From Acetobacter sp. 46_36 (GTDB lineage Bacteria > Pseudomonadota > Alphaproteobacteria > RF32 > CAG-239): DNA of 64,000 nucleotides. Below, piece by piece: positions 45,557 through 54,293 of the stretch. The notes below the pieces were generated by a model. The model ran no database searches, was not told the DNA's origin, and saw only the letters and a program-made list of their open reading frames with translations. Both the position numbers and the translations under genes were made by a program. The stretch spans positions 6,216 to 70,215 of the forward strand of contig MNTT01000008.1 of the NCBI GenBank assembly GCA_001917135.1. The letters are read 5' to 3'. Within the stretch, counting starts at the first letter, position 1. Each line of letters begins with the position of its first letter.

Positions 45557-47209
45557 ATGGAAAAAGGAATGACGATAGAAACTGTAACCATATTGCTTTA
45601 TATCTGGCTTTCCGTCAGTCTGGTTTTCCCGCTGCTCGCGGTAATTCTGCTGCGCCGCGGCCGGCGGATGAAAGCCGAGCTGGCCAAGAAGGATTTGTCC
45701 AACCGCCACTATGAAGAAATGCTATATGCCTCCAAAGACGGCTATCTGACCCATTCCGTATATAAAAGCAAAGACTATCAGTACTGTTCGCGCCGTCTGG
45801 CAACCATGCTGAATCTGTCCGCCGGCGAAAAAAGTACGTTTGCCAACGTTGCCGCCGCATTTGAACGCGCCGATGCCGAAAAGCTGAACGGCATGTTTAC
45901 CGCCCTGCTCAAAGACGGAAAAAGCTTTGAAACCATCGTCAGGACGCCCGCAAGTAAAGCCGCTCTTTCCGGCAAAACATTCGTCGTCTCCGGCGTGCGG
46001 ATTAACTCCGCCGATTCGCTGATAAACAGCAGCTGCCTCTGGTTTCGCGATATCACGCGTGAAACCGACTTTATTGACCGTGCCACCGAAGACGCCCTCG
46101 CCTGCCGCCGCGAAGTTGAGGACTTTCGCATTCTGATAGACAATCTGCCCAGCCCTGTCTGGCTCCGGGACGAAAGTCTGAACATCCGCATTATGAACCG
46201 GCGTTACCTGAACCTGCTAGGCCTGAAAGACTTCAAAGACGCCACGCCGGAAAACACAATCCTGCGCGACCTCGGCAATGCCACCAATTTGCTGGAACTC
46301 GCCAAAACCGCCCGCGAATCAAACACGCCGCAAAAAAAGCAGATTAACATCTTACATGACGGCGAACTCAAAAAATACGAAATCACCGAAACGCCGTATT
46401 ACGATTCGTCGCTGAAGACATCGCATACTGTCGGTTCGCTGACGGATATCACCGGCTTTGACGAAGCCAAGCGCAGCTATCAGGTACATCTGGACACCCA
46501 TCTTGATATTTTAAGCTCGCTGGATACGGCATTCTGCATCATCAACACCGGACACGAGTTCACCTTTGGCAACGCCGCGTTCCTGAAATTGTGGAACCTT
46601 CCCGAAAACTTTATCGACAACGCGCCGCACTACAACGTTTTCCTTGACCGGATTCGCGAACAGCGGACTTTGCCCGAAGTCTCGGATTTCAAAGCCTACA
46701 AAGACGAAGAGAATAAAGCTTTTGACGCATTGACGGAACAGCGGGAAGACCTGCTTTATATCCCGGACGGCCGCACTTTCCGCCGCATCCGCGCCCCGCA
46801 TCCGGACGGCACGATTATCGCTTACGAAGACATTACCGACCGTCTGGCCGCCGCCCGCCGCCTCAGCGACCTGCTTGCGGTTCAGCGCGGCATTCTTGAC
46901 AACATCAGCGATTCGGTCGTTATCTTCTCGCCTAACCTAAAGCTGAAATCTTACAACGTGGCTTTCCTCAGGCTCTGGGGGCTGGGCGCGGCGGAACTTG
47001 ATGCTTCGCCATACCTGCGCGAACTGCTTGACCTGCTGAAGCCCAAACTGCCGGAACTGGAAGACTGGAACACATTCCGCGAAGACATGCTCAAGCATAT
47101 AACTTCCTGCACTCCTTTCACGCTGAAGCTCCGCAGCAAACAGCGTATTATGGTAACGCCGGTCATCTTGGCGGACACGTCGCTGATGATTACATATCAT
47201 AAGGAATAA
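45557..47209 (+). CDS. membrane-anchored multi-PAS sensor protein lacking a kinase/output domain
   Basis: N-terminal TM segment, then at least three PAS-like units that end in related motifs (MNRRYLNLLGL, GNAAFLKLWNL, YNVAFLRLWGL). No H-box or N/G1/G2 ATPase motifs appear before the stop. Confidence 0.6.
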   Translation: MEKGMTIETVTILLYIWLSVSLVFPLLAVILLRRGRRMKAELAKKDLSNRHYEEMLYASKDGYLTHSVYKSKDYQYCSRRLATMLNLSAGEKSTFANVAAAFERADAEKLNGMFTALLKDGKSFETIVRTPASKAALSGKTFVVSGVRINSADSLINSSCLWFRDITRETDFIDRATEDALACRREVEDFRILIDNLPSPVWLRDESLNIRIMNRRYLNLLGLKDFKDATPENTILRDLGNATNLLELAKTARESNTPQKKQINILHDGELKKYEITETPYYDSSLKTSHTVGSLTDITGFDEAKRSYQVHLDTHLDILSSLDTAFCIINTGHEFTFGNAAFLKLWNLPENFIDNAPHYNVFLDRIREQRTLPEVSDFKAYKDEENKAFDALTEQREDLLYIPDGRTFRRIRAPHPDGTIIAYEDITDRLAAARRLSDLLAVQRGILDNISDSVVIFSPNLKLKSYNVAFLRLWGLGAAELDASPYLRELLDLLKPKLPELEDWNTFREDMLKHITSCTPFTLKLRSKQRIMVTPVILADTSLMITYHKE

Positions 47210-47342
47210 CGGAAAACAAATAATCCTTGCATTCGCGCAGGACGTCATCCATAATATCCGGCAGATATCAGTCCAAGCGGCAGTTGCCGTAAAATGTCGG
47301 CCGCCGCAGCAAAAGCCTTGAAAAGCTCAAAGGAGAAAAGCA

Positions 47343-48293
47343 ATGACGGAACAATTGGCACCAAACCAGAAAAAAATTGTCGACTGGGACAAAAAATCCG
47401 ATTCGGATGCCGAACGCATCAGTAAACGGCTGGAAGGAAGAAGCGAACTGGACGACCGCACGTCCACCGCCAATGACGTTTCTGCCCGCCCGGTTGCTGA
47501 GCGCACTGCCGCTCCCGTCCGGCCGGCGACGCACCCCGCCGCCGCAAACCCTGCCGCTTCACGTCCAGCTCCGGCTGCCGGACAACCGCTGCAGCGCCTG
47601 CGCCAAAAAATTAAAGAAGTTTACGACGATGATGATGACGAAGACGAAAACGCCCCCGGTTTCTTCAATATCAGCCTGCTGGACGAAGAAGAAGCCGAAA
47701 ACGGCGTTCTCCCCGCAGGCACTGTTCCCGACCCGGCCCGCAACGAGTCGGAAACACTGCGCATTACCCGCGAACAGCAACTGGCCGGAAAGCTGGACGC
47801 CATTCTCAGCTCCTCAATGGCCGCAAGAGAAGCCGGGCTGTCCCCCCGCGCTTCCCGCACCGATGCCAGGCTGGCAAATTCGGCAGAATATGATGTGAAA
47901 AAAATCCGCCGTCAAACCTTAAAAGAGAAAATATCCGAACCGCTCGGACTGAAAGGTCATCTCCCTGAAAAAGAGCTTGGCCAAGCGCTTCGCGGTTTGA
48001 AAAATGCCGCCAAAACGCTGGAACCCTCTCTGCACTCAGCCGCATCCCAAGCGCCGCTTTCGGCCGCACCGCTGGCTTCTTTGCAGCGCGAAGCATCAGA
48101 TATCCTGAACGGCCTTCCCGCCGAAACCGCTCCGGAATTGGCGAAAGAAGACGATGAAAAAGCGCTCGCCAGACTGATACTGGAAAAATCGGGACGCGGC
48201 GCCCCGCGAAAAAAATTATCCGAAATTGCCAAAGGGTTGAAGCCATTTAAAAAAAATGAAAATACGGCTGACAACAGCAAAGAAAATAGCTGA
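47343..48293 (+). CDS. hypothetical low-complexity protein (316 aa; Ala/Pro-rich, acidic run)
   Basis: AGGAG RBS. Compositionally biased (PAAANPAASRPAPAAG, YDDDDDEDE). No domain recognised. Confidence 0.5.
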   Translation: MTEQLAPNQKKIVDWDKKSDSDAERISKRLEGRSELDDRTSTANDVSARPVAERTAAPVRPATHPAAANPAASRPAPAAGQPLQRLRQKIKEVYDDDDDEDENAPGFFNISLLDEEEAENGVLPAGTVPDPARNESETLRITREQQLAGKLDAILSSSMAAREAGLSPRASRTDARLANSAEYDVKKIRRQTLKEKISEPLGLKGHLPEKELGQALRGLKNAAKTLEPSLHSAASQAPLSAAPLASLQREASDILNGLPAETAPELAKEDDEKALARLILEKSGRGAPRKKLSEIAKGLKPFKKNENTADNSKENS

Positions 48294-48331
48294 TTCCGCC
48301 ACGCCCCGGAAGCACTTATTAAACAAACCTG

Positions 48332-48360
48332 ATTGACACTTATAAATCTTTGTGATATTC
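48332..48360 (+). promoter_or_regulatory. sigma70-type promoter with extended -10 (TTGACA-17-TATTCT, TG at -15/-14)
   Basis: TTGACA cttataaatctttgtga TATTCT, ~40 nt upstream of ORF 48401. Confidence 0.6.
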
Positions 48361-48400
48361 TGGACAGTGTTGATAACCTCATAAAACCAAAGGCCAAACT

Positions 48401-48817
48401 ATGGAAAACCAATATTATACGTTAATTGAAAAACAGGACTTTTTCGAAATCATCGAAAACAAGTTCGGCGAACTGGCGGTATTTATTGACGCCCGCAAAG
48501 GCGAACCGGTCAATCCGCAGCTGGAATATGACGGCAAAACCACAGCTTTGCTCAAACGCGACGGCAGGCTCGCTGTCAAGCTTGAAGGCATAAACGCCGA
48601 AACCGGCGCCGTTCTGGCTGAATCCGAATTTGTTATGATTGTAGAACTCTCCGGCGAAACAGTCGAACGCACCTACGGCGTTCCGGTTGAAACGGTTGAG
48701 GAATTTTCATTCAAAGGCCGTCAGACCCGTGCCGACGAACTGGAACGCATTAAAAGCAAACAGGAAATCATTGAAGCGTTTGGCGCCGTTAAAATCTGGA
48801 AAAGCGGAGAAAAATAG
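48401..48817 (+). CDS. hypothetical protein (138 aa), first gene of the EIIA-HPr-methyltransferase operon; paralog of ORF 40572..40940
   Basis: A promoter lies at 48332..48360. Its stop abuts the EIIA start. No Walker A motif, so it is not HprK. Confidence 0.6.
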   Translation: MENQYYTLIEKQDFFEIIENKFGELAVFIDARKGEPVNPQLEYDGKTTALLKRDGRLAVKLEGINAETGAVLAESEFVMIVELSGETVERTYGVPVETVEEFSFKGRQTRADELERIKSKQEIIEAFGAVKIWKSGEK

Positions 48818-49216
48818 ATGATAGGAATAGTATTGGTAACCCATGGCCGGCTGGCTGACGAATTTCTGTCTGCCATGCAGCACATTGTCGGCCCTCAGAA
48901 TCAGATTGCCACCGCCTGCATCGGCCCCAATGACGATATGAACGAACGGCGCAACGACATCTTAAACAAAGTTCAGGCGGTTGACAGCGGCGACGGGGTC
49001 ATTGTTTTGACCGATATGTTTGGCGGTACGCCGTCCAACCTTGCCATTTCGATTATGGACCGTGCCAACATTGAAGTTATCGCCGGCATAAATCTGCCGA
49101 TGCTCGTCAAACTCAATACGCTGAGAAAAGAAAAAGGGCTGAAGGAGGCCGTTACCGGCGCCAAAGAAGCCGGCATCAAATATATAACTATCGCGTCTGA
49201 ACTGCTGGGAAAATAA
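48818..49216 (+). CDS. PTS EIIA component, mannose family (regulatory EIIA-Man-like)
   Basis: MIGIVLVTHGRLADEF with the phospho-acceptor His near residue 9-10. 132 aa. GGAGA RBS. Confidence 0.85.
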   Translation: MIGIVLVTHGRLADEFLSAMQHIVGPQNQIATACIGPNDDMNERRNDILNKVQAVDSGDGVIVLTDMFGGTPSNLAISIMDRANIEVIAGINLPMLVKLNTLRKEKGLKEAVTGAKEAGIKYITIASELLGK

Positions 49217-49217
49217 A

Positions 49218-49496
49218 ATGAGCGACACCATTTCTGTAGAACTTGAAATCATTAACGAACGCGGATTGCATGCCCGTGCCGCCGCCAGTTTCGTCAAAAC
49301 GATTGACGGGCTGAACGCCGACGTGCAGGTTGAACGTCTGGGACAGGTTGTAGACGGCAATTCGATTATGGGGCTGATGATGCTTGCCGCCGCCAAAGGC
49401 ACCAAAATTAAGGTTTCCGCCGCCGGAACAGACGCCGAAACCGCCATCGCCAACATTACCCAACTTGTCAACGGCAGATTCGGCGAAGATAGATGA
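49218..49496 (+). CDS. ptsH: HPr-family phosphocarrier protein (HPr/NPr)
   Basis: NERGLHARAAASFV contains the active-site His. 92 aa. Starts 1 nt after the EIIA stop. Confidence 0.85.
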   Translation: MSDTISVELEIINERGLHARAAASFVKTIDGLNADVQVERLGQVVDGNSIMGLMMLAAAKGTKIKVSAAGTDAETAIANITQLVNGRFGEDR

Positions 49497-50554
49497 CGCA
49501 AACGCCCGACACCCTTGCCGATACTCTTACTGCGCTTTCTCCCGCTCAGCCAACGCCCTCCGCAGTTTCTCTCTCAACCTCCCGGAAAAGAGGCCGCAGC
49601 CCTGCCGCATCCCCTGCCGCGGCAGCCAAAGCACCGGCACCGCGCAACAAGACCATCACGTTGACAGAACCGGAAATCTCCGAATATTCTTCCCGTGCCA
49701 TATCCCTGAAAGGCAAAGCTGCCCTGCGCGACATCATTGACAAAACGATTTGGCAGGACACTTTTGAAGCTCTTAAATTTCTCCCCGCCAACTTTGCCGA
49801 TTTGGTGGTCGTCGACCCGCCGTACAACCTGACCAAAAAATTCGGCACCAAAGAATTTAAGTCCATGGACTGGAACGACTACAAGCGCTGGATGGACAAG
49901 TGGCTCGCGGAAGTCTTTATCTCGCTGAAACCCAACGGCAGCCTGTACATTTGCTCGGACTGGAACACGTCTATCGCCGTTCCCGAAATCGCCGGCAAAT
50001 ATTTTCTTCTGAAAAACCGCATCACTTGGGAACGGGAAAAAGGCCGCAGTTCAGGCAATAACTGGAAAAACTGTATTGAAGACGTCTGGTTTTTTACCAA
50101 ATCTTCCGAATACACTTTCAATCTGGATGCCGTTAAGCTGAAGCGCCCGGTTCTCGCCCCGTACAAAGACGGCAACGGCATTCCCAAAGACTGGCAGGAA
50201 GACGAAGAAATTGAAGGGGGAAAATACCGGCTGACTGCGCCGTCCAATCTGTGGACGGACATTTCCATCCCGTTCTGGTCTATGGCCGAAAACACGCCCC
50301 ATCCCACCCAAAAGCCGGAAAAGCTGATAGCCAAGCTGATTTTGGCCTCCAGCAACGAAGGCGATGTCGTTTTTGACCCTTTCCTCGGCTCCGGTACCAC
50401 TTCGGTAACCGCCGCCAAGCTCGGCCGTCATTATGTCGGCATTGAACGCGAAAAAGAATACGTAGCCCTTGCCGAAAAGAGGCTTGAAATGGCACAAACA
50501 GACAAGACCATTCAGGGATACGAAAACGGCGTATTCAAACTTCGCCACGCCTGA
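49493..50554 (+). CDS. beta-class DNA methyltransferase (N6-adenine or N4-cytosine; CcrM/HinfI-like), apparently orphan
   Basis: Motif IV VVDPPYNL precedes motif I DPFLGSGTT, with HPTQKPEKL between them. Has an ~80-aa Ala/Pro/Ser-rich N-terminal extension. The start overlaps the ptsH stop (ATGA). Confidence 0.85.
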   Translation: MTQTPDTLADTLTALSPAQPTPSAVSLSTSRKRGRSPAASPAAAAKAPAPRNKTITLTEPEISEYSSRAISLKGKAALRDIIDKTIWQDTFEALKFLPANFADLVVVDPPYNLTKKFGTKEFKSMDWNDYKRWMDKWLAEVFISLKPNGSLYICSDWNTSIAVPEIAGKYFLLKNRITWEREKGRSSGNNWKNCIEDVWFFTKSSEYTFNLDAVKLKRPVLAPYKDGNGIPKDWQEDEEIEGGKYRLTAPSNLWTDISIPFWSMAENTPHPTQKPEKLIAKLILASSNEGDVVFDPFLGSGTTSVTAAKLGRHYVGIEREKEYVALAEKRLEMAQTDKTIQGYENGVFKLRHA

Positions 50555-50666
50555 TTTGTCCGCAAAAAAAGCCATCTCTGCCGCCAATTTTCCTGCTCCG
50601 CCGGGGATTAACCGCCGGATTTTGCCCGGTACAGGCCAAAAACTTTTCACAAAACGAAAAAAATTG

Positions 50667-50695
50667 TTGCAAATACATATAACCTGATATATGTT
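50667..50695 (+). promoter_or_regulatory. sigma70-type promoter (TTGCAA-17-TATGTT)
   Basis: Lies 113 nt after the methyltransferase stop and ~175 nt before an intrinsic terminator. Confidence 0.4.
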
Positions 50696-50701
50696 ATCAA
50701 C

Positions 50702-50880
50702 GAATTTAATAGATATTAAGTTTAGGGCGTCAGAATCCCTTAAGCAGTCAGTCCGCAGCAGGACAAAATAAATATGCCACGTTCGGACGGATGTCGACGA
50801 ATAAGAGCTTCTCAAATAAGTCGAGCCGTCAATTGCTTACGGTTTCTGAACATCCGCCCGCCTTTGCGGGCTTTTTATTT
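50702..50880 (+). ncRNA. candidate small RNA (~180 nt), family unknown
   Basis: Bounded by the promoter-like element at 50667..50695 and the terminator at 50856..50880. Contains only a 10-codon ORF without an RBS. It could instead be a long 3' UTR of the methyltransferase operon. Confidence 0.3.
50856..50880 (+). terminator. intrinsic terminator
   Basis: gcccgc-cttt-gcgggc followed by tttttatttt. Confidence 0.75.
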
Positions 50881-51170
50881 TCCCTCTCTTCTTTCCGCTC
50901 ATCGCCAATATATCCGTTTTTCGAAGTGCGTTTATCTGCATGCATTCTTTCTGATCACTCCTCGTCTGTTTCTATTGCCCTACTGTCCGCCCCTACAGCC
51001 CGTTCCCATCTGTTCCTATCGTCCGACTGCCCGCCCCTTTAGCAGCTGCCCGTCTGCCACTCACGGGTCATCCTCTCCCAACGATACAAACTCCCTCAAA
51101 CGGTACAAACTCTCCCAAACGGCACAACCTCCCCCAAACGCCTGATACATTTATTCTGCCCCCAACATTC
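50881..51170. repeat. C/T-rich degenerate repeat tract in the long methyltransferase-ftsH intergenic region
   Basis: Recurring ctgtccgccc/ctgcccgccc and caaacggtacaaactc(t)cc motifs. No ORF with an RBS. Confidence 0.5.
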
Positions 51171-51308
51171 GCTAAAAACAAAAATTGCTATTGAGTTTTA
51201 ATCCGCACCGCTCTATATAATATATCTGTGCAATATGTATTTCTGATATGTTGCCGCACCGAACCGCCATATGCGATTCTCCAACCAACAACAGGGAAAT
51301 GACAACAG

Positions 51309-53174
51309 ATGAAACCAATGAAAAATATTATGTTCTGGCTTGTTGCCTTCATACTTTTGAGTGTGATTATGAACGGCTTCTCTCCAAGTGCTCGGCAGAA
51401 CGCCGCCGCGCCGATTGCTTTTTCGGAATTTATGGACAAAGCCGAAAACAACCATATTGACGCGGTAACGATTGTCGGCAACGACATTTACGGCACCTAC
51501 GACAACGGTAACAAATTCCGCACTTACGCTCCCTTTGACCCGAGCATGGTCGAAACGCTGCGCAAACTCGGCGTCAAAATTGAAGCCAAGCCGATAGACA
51601 CGTCCGAAAGCACGTTCTGGGGCATTGTCATTTCCTGGTTCCCGATGCTTCTGCTGATTGGCGTCTGGATTTTCTTTATGCGCCAGGCCAGTTCCGGCAA
51701 CAACAAAGCCATGAGTTTCGGCAAATCCCGCGCAAAATTGATAGAAAACACCAAACGCGTTACGTTTGCCGACGTTGCCGGAGCAGACGAAAGCAAGCAG
51801 GAACTTGAAGAAATTATTGATTTTCTGAAAGACCCGCAGAAATTTCAGCGTCTCGGCGGCAAAATTCCGAAGGGCGTCTTGCTCGTCGGCCCTCCGGGAA
51901 CCGGCAAAACCCTCTTGGCAAAAGCCGTAGCCGGCGAAGCCAATGTCCCGTTTTTCTCTATTTCCGGTTCGGACTTTGTCGAAATGTTTGTCGGCGTCGG
52001 TGCGTCGCGTGTGCGTGATATGTTCGCTCAGGCCAAGAAAAACGCCCCCTGCCTGCTGTTTATTGATGAAATAGATGCCGTGGGCCGCCATCGCGGCGCC
52101 GGCCTGGGAGGCGGCAACGACGAACGCGAACAGACTCTAAACCAGCTTCTGGTGGAAATGGACGGGTTTGATGCCAACGAAAACGTTATTCTGATTGCGG
52201 CGACCAACCGCCCCGATGTTTTGGATCCGGCCTTGCTGCGTCCCGGACGTTTTGACCGTCAGGTAACTGTCAGCAATCCGGACGTCAAAGGACGGGAGGA
52301 AATTCTGAAAGTCCACACCCGCAAGGTTCCGCTCTCCAAAGACGTCAACCTCAGCATCGTCGCCCGCGGCACACCCGGATTTTCCGGAGCTGATTTGGCC
52401 AATCTGGTTAATGAAGCGGCTCTCCTTGCCGCCCGTAAAAACAAACTCAAGGTCAGCTCTGCCGACTTTGACGCAGCCAAGGACAAAGTCTTGATGGGCA
52501 ACGAGCGGAAATCCATGGCGATGGACGAAAAAGAAAAGCAGCTGACCGCTTATCACGAAGCCGGACACGCCATCTGTTCTCTGAACGTCAAAGACACCGA
52601 CCCCATTCACAAAGCGACGATTATTCCGCGCGGCCGGGCACTCGGAATGGTTCAGCAGCTGCCGGAAAAGGACAAATACTCCTATACCCGCGCTCAAATG
52701 TTGTCCCGTTTGGCAATATTGATGGGCGGACGCGTTGCCGAAGAAATCAAATTCGGTTACGATGCGGTTACTTCGGGTGCGTCTTCCGATATTAATGCTG
52801 CCACGGATTTAGCGCGTGCCATGGTAACAGAATGGGGAATGAGCGACGCGCTGGGGCCGATTCGCTATTCCGAAAATTCCAACGAAGTCTTCCTCGGACG
52901 CTCCGTTACGCAAAACCAGAATATGAGCGAAGAAACTGCCCGTCTGGTCGACGCGGAAATCAAGCGTCTGGTTACCGGCGGCTACGAAGAGGCGAAAAAA
53001 ATTCTCCAACAGCACCAAAAAGATTGGGAAACGCTTGCCCAGGCGCTGATGGAGTATGAAACGCTGACCGGAGAAGAAATCCAAGATGTCCTGGCCGGAA
53101 AGCAAATTGATAAAAATAAAGACGCTCCGGTATCGGAAGAAAAACGTACCAAAGCGTCTGTACCGGAACTGTAA
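51309..53174 (+). CDS. ftsH: ATP-dependent zinc metalloprotease FtsH
   Basis: GPPGTGKT Walker A, DEID Walker B, the SRH region and the HEAGHA zinc site. Confidence 0.97.
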   Translation: MKPMKNIMFWLVAFILLSVIMNGFSPSARQNAAAPIAFSEFMDKAENNHIDAVTIVGNDIYGTYDNGNKFRTYAPFDPSMVETLRKLGVKIEAKPIDTSESTFWGIVISWFPMLLLIGVWIFFMRQASSGNNKAMSFGKSRAKLIENTKRVTFADVAGADESKQELEEIIDFLKDPQKFQRLGGKIPKGVLLVGPPGTGKTLLAKAVAGEANVPFFSISGSDFVEMFVGVGASRVRDMFAQAKKNAPCLLFIDEIDAVGRHRGAGLGGGNDEREQTLNQLLVEMDGFDANENVILIAATNRPDVLDPALLRPGRFDRQVTVSNPDVKGREEILKVHTRKVPLSKDVNLSIVARGTPGFSGADLANLVNEAALLAARKNKLKVSSADFDAAKDKVLMGNERKSMAMDEKEKQLTAYHEAGHAICSLNVKDTDPIHKATIIPRGRALGMVQQLPEKDKYSYTRAQMLSRLAILMGGRVAEEIKFGYDAVTSGASSDINAATDLARAMVTEWGMSDALGPIRYSENSNEVFLGRSVTQNQNMSEETARLVDAEIKRLVTGGYEEAKKILQQHQKDWETLAQALMEYETLTGEEIQDVLAGKQIDKNKDAPVSEEKRTKASVPEL

Positions 53175-53236
53175 ACCAATGTTCCAGGCAGCTGACCGCC
53201 AAGCAGCCGGCTCCTCAATCACCTGGTTCTGTATTA

Positions 53237-53270
53237 AACAGCCTGCCTTCCGGCAGGCTGTTTTTTATTG
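53237..53270 (+). terminator. intrinsic terminator after ftsH
   Basis: aaacagcctgcc-ttcc-ggcaggctgttt followed by tttatt. Confidence 0.85.
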
Positions 53271-53495
53271 CCGCTATGCTCCATTACTATCGGCACAGCC
53301 GTCCTGCAAAACGGTTCAACATCCCTGCAAAAACGGCCTCCTGCTTGATTAATACCCTTTCCAATTATCGCCCGTTCAAATTTCCGTTGCACGATATTAT
53401 CAAAATTCTCCTCCCCAAAAACATCTCCGTAAAAGACATCGCCGTTCCGTGAATCATTCCCACAAAAGAAAAGCCCCCAACCTAGTTGATGGTAC

Positions 53496-53531
53496 TAAAA
53501 AAAAGAGCCGCATACCGCAGCTCCTTTTTTA
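53496..53531 (-). terminator. intrinsic terminator after ORF 53561..54148
   Basis: Minus strand: gagctgc-ggtat-gcggctc followed by T8. Confidence 0.6.
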
Positions 53532-53560
53532 TTCCGGATATTCCGTCCTTTGACTCAACG

Positions 53561-54148
53561 TCAGAAATGCAGAACATCATAACAATGCGCATCCCACATA
53601 TTAAGATGCATTTTTCCGCGTTCATCAAAAAACAGACACCGTCTGCCTTCCGACAAATTTGCCTTCTTGAAGCATCTGCCGCGAGCAGGCGCCCCACAAC
53701 GCTCGCAAAGCATCCAGCCTCCGCTCTCATAACGGATAAGATGGAAACGCTCATTGAGAGGCATAAAGCCGCGCACATTTTCGTGCACCACCATGCCGTT
53801 CGCATCAGCCACCTTCAGCCTATGACCTTTAACGAGCTGAAAGTCTGCGTTAACTTCAAGTTCTTCCACTGAAGAAACATAAAAGCCGCCAACTGAAACA
53901 CTATGCTGCGCTTCAAAAGAAACCAGTTTCCAGTCCGGCGTATAGACATAAGTCGTCCCGTCCGTCATGAAAATTCTGTTAAAACGGGTACCTACCGAAA
54001 CCTTGTCCACTCCGGACATCAGCGGATATTTTCCGTTTGCGGAAGAATACAATTTTCCGTCACGCAAATGCATTCCGTTGAATACGTTGTTTCTCACTTT
54101 GCTGTTTGCAGACGCCGCATGGGCAGTCGTTGAACTAAAATTTTTCAT
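53561..54148 (-). CDS. hypothetical protein (195 aa), beta-rich
   Basis: ORF followed by an intrinsic terminator at 53496..53531. No family recognised. Repeat style is loosely similar to ORF 62491..63510. Confidence 0.45.
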   Translation of the reverse strand: MKNFSSTTAHAASANSKVRNNVFNGMHLRDGKLYSSANGKYPLMSGVDKVSVGTRFNRIFMTDGTTYVYTPDWKLVSFEAQHSVSVGGFYVSSVEELEVNADFQLVKGHRLKVADANGMVVHENVRGFMPLNERFHLIRYESGGWMLCERCGAPARGRCFKKANLSEGRRCLFFDERGKMHLNMWDAHCYDVLHF

Positions 54149-54293
54149 ATTAAAAAATTTATATGTGAATAATAATTTACCTATCTCTAAAAAACTTACC
54201 TAACATACCACATCTTTCCGCCCGGCGCAAGTGTTTTTTGTCAATTTTTTCAAAAAAAGCACCTCAACGCCATTGCCACGCAATTATCCCTGT

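Noticed and set aside
48401-48817. HprK/P at the position upstream of EIIA-Man and HPr
   Set aside because: There is no Walker A/P-loop (GxxGxGKS) or any HprK signature, and the sequence is a paralog of the 122-aa orphan instead.
49493-50554. Restriction-modification system
   Set aside because: No endonuclease-like ORF is adjacent on either side. The upstream genes are PTS-type proteins, and downstream is 750 bp of non-coding DNA and then ftsH.
50740-50800. SRP (4.5S) RNA: agcagtcagtccgcagcaggac vaguely resembles the GGUCAGGUCCGGAAGGAAGCAGCC core
   Set aside because: The GGAA tetraloop and the symmetric-loop partner strand are missing, so the resemblance is superficial.
50051-52091. Minus-strand ORFs 50051..50815 and 51213..52091
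   Set aside because: They are antisense to the methyltransferase and ftsH genes and run across intergenic DNA. No RBS and no motifs.
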